In this document: in pieces, positions 46,201 through 58,300 of the stretch
How positions within the stretch are numbered: the stretch's first letter is position 1
How the letters are laid out: each line of letters opens with the position of its first letter
Source of the DNA: Eledone cirrhosa
Taxonomy: Eukaryota
Direction: 5' to 3'
DNA: 64,000 bases
Assembly: GCA_964016885.1 (NCBI GenBank)
Contig: OZ024757.1
Location: 32,922,001-32,986,000 of the forward strand
The notes under the pieces: generated by a model
What the model saw: the letters and a program-made list of their open reading frames with translations, nothing else
What the model was told of the DNA's origin: nothing
Databases searched by the model: none
Translations under genes and position numbers: made by a program

Positions 46201-49200
46201 AGACATGGACGAAGGAGAGGTAGGGTGGAGTGAGATAGAGGGATGGACAGACAGGTAGAGAGCTAGATTTCTTTATTTGCTACAAGGGTGCAAAAGAAAT
46301 GGGACATTACAAAATGTGATGGTGGGGGTTTTACATGTAAGAGTGAAAACAAAATTGAACAGTTATAAAATTGAAATGAACAATTCAAAACCCCAAAAAG
46401 GGAGGAATGTTATTGCAGGGTTGTTTTACACCCTGTAGATAGAACCCTCAACACCAGGAGCATATTTTGTAAGTGCTCCTGTCTTTTTCAACATACATGT
46501 TTATATACAGAGAAAGCCCATTCATTTGGGGCCATTTTCGCCACATTCAACCACCTTTCAGTGAATTTACTGGGGTGCAGCACCTTTCTCTCCACTCTCA
46601 CCTTCCTTAGATAAATAGACAGATAGATAGGTAGGTAGATACATATGTAGATAGAGAAAGACGGTGATTTACAGGTAATGCTGAAATAAAAAGTTAGCCA
46701 GAGTATTAAAGTGTTGTTTACCTCTTTCTTTCTAGTTGGATATGAAAAGTTGACATTTTCAAAAGACACGTCTCCAACCAAATTTGCCGTAGGAAGTAAA
46801 ATCCCTTGTGACACAAGAAGGTTGGGCTTGGTATTGATGAACTAGAAGAAGAAAAAATAACAATAATGATAGTCATGTATAATCCAGATTAGAAGAGATG
46901 AACTGTATCCCTGCAGGTTGTAAGGGTGGGAAGGGTATCTGATTGTAATACATTGCCTCAAAAAGTACCATCCAACCCATGCCAGCATGGAAACATTACC
47001 ACCATTTAATGTCTATTTTTCCATGCATGCATCGGTTAGGCAGGTTGCCACATTATGGGATAAGTCAGGTTTGGAGACTATGTATTGCTGTATTTTGGTT
47101 TGGTTTCTACAGCTGGATGCCTTTCCTAACACCAACCATGTTACAGTGTGATAAAAACAAAAAGAATGATATATATATATTATGATAAAATTCTATTAGT
47201 ATTTTCTACTGTTTTCTTATTTTCCTAATGTATATCAACTCGTGTGTCACCTCTCAACATTATATATATATATATATATATATCCCAGCCTGTAAGAAAT
47301 GACTAAAAAGCTTGGTGTAAGGAAGGGCATCCAGCTATAGAAACCAAACCAAAATACAGATTCATATAAGCAAGACATGGTCTCCGGACCTGACTTGTCC
47401 CATAATGTGACAACCAATCTAATCCATGTAAGCATGGATAAGTTGACATAAAATCAATGATGATTATGATCTTGTCTGAGACTTTATGGCGAGGAATTAT
47501 CATTATTATATTTGTGAAACAAAGTCACAATAACAGATCGGAAATTATATTGGAAGAAACCATCACCATCATGACTGTTTAACATCTATTTTCTATGCTT
47601 GCATGGGTTAAACTAGTTGTCAAGTACTGTCCAACCCATGCAAGCATGGAAAAGCCGATGATAATGATGATGGTGAGGCTAGCTTGGTCAGGTAACTAGT
47701 AGTTGTATAGTAGTTTTGTCATAAAGGCAGTGAATTGACTGAATTATTAGAACGTCAGATACACACTTTTCAATGGTGAACGCAATGGTGAACAGTCATT
47801 AGAACATCTATAGAATGTTTTTCAGTATTTGTTCCAGTTCTCTGTGCTCTGAGTTCAAATCATGTCGCGGTCAACTTTACATTTCATCCTTTTGAGGTCA
47901 ATAAATAAAGTGGCAGTCCAGTATTGGAGGTCAATTCTTCCTCTGTATCATTTCCTCCCTTGCATTCTCTCTCTCTGCGGAAGAAATCAGCTGTATACAA
48001 TCTAGAGAGGGATGGGCTCCGCCAGGTTTAAAATGCTCAAGACACTGTGTCACTATGGTGCCCCTATAACTCCCTCAGAAGTTATGGGCTCGCCCATGAG
48101 ATGACTACATGCTGGGATACAGTGTAGATATTCTACACCGGATTCACACAACATAGATATTAAAACAAACAATTTCTATCTGGAGCTAAACAACGACCAC
48201 CACAAAACATTACAAGATTTAATAAAATTACCTCAAAAATTCTAGCCTCAGCACTCATCCCTCTGATAGCTTGACCAAACATCACAGACATGTGAGCTAG
48301 AGATCTAGAAGAAAGATGGAATTGTTAAATTGTAATAAACATTTTACTAATAGATAAGGAAATGAATTATAATGTCTAAAATAATTTCACCCCTTCATTA
48401 CCATATTTTTAATGAAATTCACTGCCTATGATAGTAATGTATTTGTTTTGCAAGATTTTTTTATATGAAATCGCATGTTGAAACAGTTACTGTTATATTT
48501 GGGGAGGGTCATGTTATAATATTGTCAGAAAAGTATAGTAAAACACATTCAGTGTTTGGTTGGTTTTCGCCTGTCCTGAAGCAAATTTGTTTTTTCAAAT
48601 TATTTTGAAAATAATCGAAAATTTGAACATAAAACTTTCATGGAAGCGTTTTTTTTAATATAAATATAGAAACTGTAACCCTTTCATTACCTTATTTCTA
48701 TGAAAGACACTGCCTATTATTTTCAAATTATTTTGCTAGTGTTTCGAACATAATTTAAAAAAGGTTATTACATAAAATTATGATGGCAGTTATTTTTAGA
48801 TAACTATAAACACTTTAAAATAAACCCCATTGTACCATCTTGCCATGCTTGCATGGGTTGGATGATTTTTTCCAACACAGCCTTCCTCCACCTATTTTTT
48901 CCTTTGTCATCTCCTTTGAGAGGTTCAGTGTTTTGAGATAAGATCTCTCCAGTTCTTCCTTCATTACGCTTCATTCCACGGGAACACTTGGCACTTCTTC
49001 ATCCATATGCATCAAATGTCCATACCAAGTGCAGTCTTCTCTCTTACACACTATATCCAATTCCCCTAACAAAAAGTTTTTTCTATGAGCCCATCCATGT
49101 TCATGCATATTAACATCAAACATCCATTGATTTCCCAAACAAATCTAGAGCACAAAGTGATTGTTACTGATTAATGTGTTTTATTATAATGATACATACC

Positions 49201-52200
49201 TTTCAATAGTCTGAGTGGCAACAAGGAAAGACATTAGATTTCCAGGACTCAGTTCATTAGAAGATAACATGTAACCTCCAGTTAGCAGAATCCCAAAGAC
49301 CACACCTGTAAGGGATACGACGCAACATTTACAAGAAATGACAAAAGAGCTAATTAAAAAATAGCTAATATAAACTTGTTATATACATACAATTACTTAC
49401 TGTTTAATGCTTATGTATATAAACTTACTCATTGCTTAAGGTTTATGTATATAAATTCATAGAATTATGCATATAAAATCATGTATATAAAATTATATAA
49501 ATAGAATTACTCACTGTTTAAGGCTGATGTATATAGAAATATGTACATAAAATTATGTATATAGAATTATGTATATAGATTTATATATATAGAACTATAC
49601 ATATAGAATTATGTATATAAAATTATGTATATAAAAATATGTATATGAAATTACTCACCGTTTAAAGCAATATTTGATAGTCCCTGAAATATAGCAATGC
49701 CATTGCAAAGGCGTAGACAGACATCTTTGCTCTTTCTAACTTCATTATTATACAAACTGAAAGTAAAAGAGAATATGATAGTTCTAGAGTTACACATAAT
49801 TCTTGTTTTAAATTAAGGTTGATATCGACCCCCAGGGGTTGATGGACTACCCAGGTGGGGTTTGAACTTTTGGGACAAAATTCTTACATTTGTATAAGAA
49901 CTGAAAATATATAAAAAGCTTTCTTTATTAGCCACACAGAGCTCTGAAAATATGTTTACACACACATACATATATATACATATATAAAATAATGGCTCCT
50001 GATTTAGGCATTAAAGGGAATAAAAAAAATCAATTAAATTGATATCCAGTGTAACACTGGTACTTTATTTTATTGACCCTGTAAAAATGAAAGGCAAAGC
50101 TAACGTTGGTGGGATTTGAACTCAGAAAGTAAAGGGCCATAAAAAGGGTGCAAAGCATTTTGTCCGACACTCTACCAATTCACCATATATATATATAAAG
50201 TAATACAATGAAATACAACTTGCTTAAAAGTTTCAGATTTCCAGTTCCCCCCTCAAATTTATCATTATCAACCTCAAATCTGTCAATGTCAACTTGAATT
50301 TTGTCATTCATGTCAATGAAAATTTCATCGTCAATGCTAAATTCTTTATGACTGTTATCCAACACACCTGATGATGTCGCTGGGATTCTACAGGCCATTG
50401 AAATATATATATATACTGTCTGCAAAATTAAAACTTTAAAGGGATTTCAACAATCTGACCTCCTGTCATTTTATTCAATAATAATTAACTCCGTTCCGAC
50501 AACACCAACAGAATCTTACATCAGAGATGAATGAGTTGCATTATGTTGAGTGCTTTTCCTACTATTATATCATGGTTAACTATATGGAATGACCAGTTCT
50601 TTCCAGTGGTGAACCCCAAAGTCAATGAATATATATATATAGTTATAATACATACTCTATTTCACTTTTCTCCATTGAGAAAGCACGGACAGTTCTGATG
50701 TTTCCAATTGCTTCATTCGCAATAACTGTGGCTCGTGCTGACTGAAGTAGCAAAGAAACAAGGAACATGGAAATAAAGATATGAGGTTGATATATCATAA
50801 AATAGAAATATATAACCCATGGAAAATAGATGTCACTAAACAGTGATGATGGCTATGATAGGAAGGACATCCAACTGTAGAGAGCTTGCCAAACAAAGGG
50901 TTGGGAGGACCCTTCAGTTGTGTGAAGGACACGACAATCTCCCTAGTGTTGATCTATATGATAAATGTACCCAGTACATGTTGTAAAGTGTTTGTTGATA
51001 GGAAGGGTATTGAGCTGTAGAAAACTTGCCAAACAAAGCATTGGGAGGCCCCATCAGTTGTGTCAAAGCATGACAGCCTTCCTAGTGCTTGTGCCCTGAC
51101 AAAATACACTTAGTAGACAATGGGACCGTATTATAGGGTGTTAAAAGATAACACTGCAAATTTCCACAATCTATTCACTTGTAAAGATACATTTAAATTA
51201 AACCTCTTTTAAGATATTTTCTACTGAATAGTCTAAGGATGTTAAGAGTTAATCAATTAAGGGTTATTCTGTTCTTACTTCAGCTGTCTTATTATCTTCA
51301 CGGGGAGTCACCTTGGCTTTCTTTACATCCTTTTGGTGATGCACATGCTGTAAAGTGGTTGGTGATAGGAAGAGCATCCAGCCATAGAAATCTTGCCAAA
51401 CAAAGGGTAGGGAGGACCGTCAGCTGTGTCAAAAGCATCACAACTTCTCCTGAGCACTTGAAGGAACGTGAGACCATACATAAGCGAAACACAGATCCCT
51501 GGCCTGCCTGGGAGATCATTGGTTCTGCTTCAGTACTGACTTGGTCTGTATGGACCTGTCCAACCCTTGGTAGCAGGGAAAGCAGACATTAAAATGGCAA
51601 TGATGATGTTGAGAGATATATATATATAGGATAAAGATCTCATAACTCCTTGTAGAGTCGTAGAGGCACCGTCATATGCTGTGTCTAGGACACTTTTAAA
51701 CCTGGCGGAGCCCAACCCTCTCCAGGTCTGAACACAGCCAATTTTTTCTATAGAGGAAGAATCAACCCCAGTACTGGACTGGTACTTTTTTTATCGACCT
51801 TGTTGGAAGGATGAAAGGCTAAGTTGACCATGGCAGGATTTGAACTCAGAGCGTGCAAAGAGGTGGGACGAATACCATAAAGCATTCTATCTGACGTCTT
51901 ATATATATATCATCATCATCATTATTATCATTTAACATCTATCTTCCACGCTAGCATGAATTAGACAGGAATTATCCCACTTGAGGCAAGATATATATGT
52001 ATATATATACTAGCAGAATGGCCCGGCGTTGCTCAGGATTTGCTCTAGGGTTCTTATATATTTGATATTTATTTATCCTTATCAAGCCTCGTGAAATAAA
52101 TATGTTTGTTTATATTTTGTTATTGTGTATGCAAAAATATCTGTACACAAATATATAATTATATATATATATTAAAATAACAGATTAAAGTGTAAGCAAA

Positions 52201-52292
52201 GAATTGCTGCTTTCACCCTTAACGGGATCTTCTGAAACTAAAAAAATCAATCTGTGAACGCAGAAGTAAATATTTCGAAAAACGTTACTCAC

Positions 52293-52324
<32 letters not shown>

Positions 52325-55300
52325 GCGATGTCATAATGCAGACAAATATTATAAGGGTGAAACGTTATATCTATGTATCTATTTAAAAAGAAAAACTAAG
52401 AACTATAGAGAGATCACTAAATCGCCTAATGCAGTTCCTAGGGCATTGAAAATTTGAAATTTTTTTGATCAGAACACTCACGGGACCATAAGTATTACAT
52501 GTGTAAAGTTTGAAAACAATCAGTTGGGTGGTTCTCGAGTTTTAGGGAGTCAGACAGGCAGACATTCTCTGTTTCAGATATATATATATATATATAAACA
52601 TAGTTTAACTTAGAAACCATGTTAAATATGGAAAGCTGCTCCAACATATCTGGGTTTGGACTGTGATAGCCTGTCCAGCTCATGCCGGCATGGGAAGAGA
52701 AAGTATGATGATGATATTTCAACTAGTGCAATAGCAGCTGCAGGAGTTTTATGGCCATTCCCCCTTCTCAAGCAAGGATTGGCCTTGAAGGTTTTATACA
52801 CACCACAGGGTCCTAGTTGAGGCTTTGTTTTACAGCCAGATGCCCTTCCTGGTGCCAACCCTTTCAGTTGCCTTTAACAACATGCAGAGATACAGTGAAC
52901 ATATTCTAAACTAGATAAACACAGTCAGAATCATCAACTGTTGAAAATTTACAAATCTGATACTATATCAATATTCATCTATTTGTGTTTACATTGCAGA
53001 CCAATTAACAGCAGGTGAGATTTCGATTTACCTGAGCTTGCGATTGCCGTGATAAAATTCTAAGAAAAGAACCAAGTATGGTACCGATTCCAATGAGAGT
53101 TGGTACAACAGCAAGGAGGAAGCAGGTTAGTTTTGGTGAGAGTATGAAGAGTGTGCCAACACAACCAGCTGTCTGCAATGAGAAAAACAAAACAAAAAAC
53201 AACAGAATTTAAACATCAATGAAATGAGAAAGAAACTGAGTAAAAGAGGAATCAGTTGTAGTGTGTAGCAAAGAAGACTGCACTGGTATGGACATGTGAT
53301 GTTCGCAGATGTTGATTGCTGGTTGAAGAAGTGCCAAGAAATATCAGTGGAAAGAAGCAACTGTAGAGAAAGACTTGGACAGATGTTGTGAGAGCTGATC
53401 TCAAATCGCTGAAGCTATCACAAAGGATCACATGTGGAGAGATGCTATGCTGTGCTGAAAAAGATCCATCCAACCCAGGCAAACATGGAAAAGCAAACAT
53501 ATGATGATGATGATGATGAAATTTATAGCATTCATATATACACTTATATGTATGTATAAACCCATAACTCCTAATGGAGTTGTAAGGGTGGCCTAGTAAT
53601 ATACGTTTCTTGGGCATTTTTAAAACCTGGAAGAGCCCATCCCTCTCCAGGTCTAAACATACTTATATACACCCCTACAAAATATACAGGTTATGTGATT
53701 TGTGCATAAGAGTATGAGCTACATACACACACTCTTTTTCTCTCACACACATGTATAACAAATAAGATTCAACTATTATCAGGGCTCTGATCAATTACAA
53801 CTGATCTGGAACTAGGCAATCATGACAACATTAACCATTTTGATACCACACTATTGAAACTGCCACTGGTTCTATCATACTAATCTCCTCATTTTAAATT
53901 GGTTATATTTATCTAAAAAAAAACCTTCCATTGTAATTGTATGTAACAACCTTTGCCAAATCAAAATTTTTTACACATTTTTTGATTATTTTCAAAATTA
54001 TTTGAAAATCATAGGTAGTGTCTTTTAGAAATATAGTAAAGAAAGGGTTAACATGTTATATATCTAAAATCATTCCATCATAATTCTATGTAAAAACCTT
54101 TGTCAAGTTATGCTCCAAATACCAGCTTAATAATTTTGTTTTGTTTTTTTAATATTTCTTGATTATTTAAACATTTTTTTGAAAACTATAGGCAGTGTCT
54201 TCCATTAGAAATATTGTAATGAAGCTGTTAACAACAACCACAGCACAGTAACAACAATAACAACTACAGAACAACAACAACACTACAATGACTACAACAA
54301 TAAATGAGTGGAAACTGAAAACAAACCTGAGTGAAAGACTTCAGTCCTTGAGATACACATGCTTTGAATGAACTTTTGAATTCTTGGATATCTGCAGTAA
54401 GTCTGTAATATCATATGGTAAAATGATGATGGTGGTGATGATAATGATGATGGTGGTGGTGGTGATGATGATGATTGTGGTGGTGGTGGTGGTGGTGATG
54501 ATGGTGGTGGTGGTGATGATGATGGTGGTGGTGGTGATGATGATGATGATGATGATGAGCTACAGACTTGTCAGAAGGGTTGAGTTCCTGCATTTTGTTT
54601 ACATACATTCCTGCACTCTGAATGCATTATATTGTGGCACCAACACTAGGGAGGTGGTCATTCTTTGACATAACTGAAGAGTCCTGCCTTTACCTTTTTC
54701 AGCAGGTTTCCTACAGCTAGATGCCCTTCCTATCACCAACCACTTTATAGAGTGTAGTGGGTATATTTATGATGTAGATCACCAACACTAGAGAGGTTGC
54801 CATGCCTTTAACACAACAGAAGAGTCATTCTAAGCCTTTGTTTGAGAGATTTTCTCATGCTGGATGCCCTTCCTACCACCAAATACGTTACAGAGTGTAC
54901 TGGGTGCACTTATCATGTAGATCACCAATATCCAATCCAATCCAAAGCTTTTTCACTCGTGTTGGAGGAACCCCTCCCTGGTTGACCTCCAATGCTTTGT
55001 TTGGTTTTGGTCATGTTAGGGGTGTAGCCTGCTTGGTCAGTTGCAGGTTGGTGAGGCTATTTAGCCTATAGTTGTGGCTAATAGATCACCAATATATATA
55101 TATATATATATACACACACATATGTACAACACGCACCCACTATATATATTATCATCATCATTTAACATTCATTTTCCCTGCTACTAAAGGTCGGCCAAGT
55201 TGTCATTGGCCTCTCAGATAGATGGGAGCCAGCATCTAACTTACATACTGTATATACTCCAATATAAGCCAACCCCCTTATTTTATGTCTCAGAAAAGGG

Positions 55301-58300
55301 CAAAAATCTAAACCCCATTTCTAAGCTGAGGCAGCTAATCAACACGTTACGTTTAGATGCCAAATATAAACCAACCATGCATTTTACCATCAAATTTTTT
55401 GGTCACATATTCAAGTATATACAGTACATCTTCACACTCTGCCAAATACTAAGAGAGTGAGGAAATATATGCAATATATATATAATGGCTTAGTGGTTAG
55501 AGCATTGGCCTTGCAATCGAAAGGTTGTGAGTTCAATTCTTAGACCGGGTGATGTGTTGTTTCCTTGAGCAAAACACTTTATTTCACATTGCTCCAGCTT
55601 ACTCAGCTGTAGAAATGAGATGATAGGGACTGGGGTCCCTATCATTCCACTGCAAAGTGGTCGTGTAGGTGCCACGGCAAAAAAGCACCCAGCACTCACT
55701 GTAAATGAGGTTGGTGTTAGGAAGGGCATCCAGCTGTAGAAATCAAGCCAGAATCAGTTCCCGTCCCACCCTTGCAAGCAGGGAAAAGCGGACGTAAAAT
55801 GATGATGATGATATATATATATATAATACATTCTTCCTCCCACTGTCTGTCACTCACAAAATGTCTGGTGTATAATGCTGCTAATTAATATAACTAATGT
55901 CTCACCTGTTAATGAGGTCACCTGAATTATGTCTGTCGAAAAATTCTATATCTTGGGCCATCAAAGACTTGAATAACTTCATTCGTAACCTTGCCGCTAC
56001 ATTCTCCCCCACATGACTCAGAAGAGAAATGAAGACACCTGAACCAATTCCCTAGAAAAAAAAAAATAATATATACATATATATATATATATACATAATT
56101 GTTTCTACGTTAGGCACAAGGCCAGCAATTACCCAGTGTATTACTAGTACTTTATTTTATCGACCCCGTAAGGATGAAAGGCAAAGTCAACCTCGGCGGG
56201 AATATATATATACATGAGTTTTTCGAATATTAATAATAATATTTGATTCGTTTGCAATTATGTAAACAGCCTCTTTTTTAAAGCCATGTTAGTAGAATGA
56301 GCCCCTCATTCTTGCTCTTGTGTTTTTTTTATTTATTTATATATACATAATTAGTTCAAAGAAACAACAAACTGAGATACAAAAAGTCTTATTAGTTTCA
56401 CGCTTTATATGGAAAAGGGGAAGAAAGTTTGACACGTCGGGCTTTAATTCTTCTTCAGGAATACAAAAATAGACAGGATCACAAAGGATAGAAACAAATA
56501 ATAAAACAGTGGAACCTCAGTTTACAAACTTAATTTGGTTCCTGAAGGCTGTTTGTCACCGGAAATGTTCATAAACCGAAACCATTTTTCCCATACGAAA
56601 TGTTGAAAGAGAAATACAGAGAGAGAGAGACTGTGTATGAAAGACAGATAGATATCACCATAGTAACTAACTACGCAGCAAGTGATGCTTTCTCGCCAAT
56701 ACTTCCAGCTTGTCGACAACTGTTGTTCATTACTCAAGACATCGTTCAACAACCAAGATGTTTTATGTTTAAAAAAATTGTTTGTGATGAGAGACGTTCA
56801 TGAACCAAGGTTCCACTGTATGTATGTATCATCATCATCATCATTTTATGTCCGCTTTTCCCTGCTTCATCATCATCATCATCATTTCATTTTTCGTCCG
56901 CTTTTTCCTTGCTTGCAAGGGTGGGACGGGAACTGATTCTGGCTTGATTTCTACAGCTGGATGCCCTTCCTAACACCAACCTCATTTACAGTGAGTGTTG
57001 GGTGCTTCTTTGCCGTGGCACCTCCACGACCACTTTGCAGTGGACTGATATGGACCCCAATCCCTATCATCTCATTTCTACAGCTGAGTAAACTGGAGCA
57101 ATGTGAAATAAAGTGTCTTGCTCAAGGAAACAACACATCACCCGGTCTGAGAATTGAACTCACAACCTTTCGATTGCAAGGCCAATGCTCTAACCACTAA
57201 GCCATGTGCCTCCATTGCATAACTTTCTCTCCTCTTGATCAGCATACTTGCTTTTTACCTTATATATATATATATATATGTGTGTGATTGTGGCTCTCTC
57301 TCTCTCTGTTTATTCATACACGTAGATACAAAAACCACCAATTTTAATTACCTGAAGTATGTAGCAACAAATAAGCTCTCTTGCTGGTTCTTTTATGAGA
57401 GAAGCGAATGACCTGCCTTGATCCACGGAAATATTTGCAATCACATTAACCATATCACCGAGCACTAGTGGTATTTGTATATTTAGGACAGCCACAAATA
57501 TGGCACTCTGGAAAAAGGGAGAAAATATATTTAAGATTGCAACAAATATAGTACGGTGGATGGGGACAAAGATATTTGAAATAACAACAAATATAGTTCT
57601 CTGGAAGGGGGGGGGGGATATATGTTTAATACAGCAACATAGTTCTCTGGAAGGGGTGAATATATGTTTAAGACAGCAACATAGTTCTCTGGAAGGGGTG
57701 AATATATGTTTAATACAGCAACATAGTTCTCTGGAAGGGGTGAATATATGTTTAAGACAGCAACATAGTTCTCTGGAAGGGGTGAATATATGTTTAATAC
57801 AGCAACATAGTTCTCTGGAAGGGATGAATATATGTTTAAGACAGCAACATAGTTCTCTGGAAGGGGTGAATATATGTTTAAGACAGCAACATAGTTCTCT
57901 GCAAGGGGTGAATATATGTTTAATACAGCAACATAGTTCTCTGGAAGGGGTGAATATATGTTTAAGACAGCAACATAGTTCTCTGGAAGGGGTGAATATA
58001 TGTTTAAGGCAACAACACATAGTTCTCTGGAAGGGGTGAATATATGTTTAAGACAGCAACATAGTTCTCTAGAAGGGGTGAATATATGTTTAAGAAAGCA
58101 ACATAGTTCTCTGGAAGGGGTGAATATATGTTTAAGACAGCAACATAGTTCTCTGGAAGGGGTGAATATATGTCTAAGATAGCCACACATAGTTCTCTGG
58201 AAGGGGTGAATATATGTTTAAGACAGCAACATAGTTCTCTGGAAGGGGTGAATATATGTTTAATACAGCAACACATAGTTCTCTAGAAGGGGTGAATATA

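Noticed and set aside
54411-54608. Poly-histidine ORF
   Set aside because: Translation of an intronic (CAC/CAT)n microsatellite.
56350-56500. Penelope-like end with a possible hammerhead ribozyme (minus strand CTGAAGA; related copy 16390-16550)
   Set aside because: The GAAA core is missing (reads ccgacgtg) and I could not build the stems; at best a dead relic.
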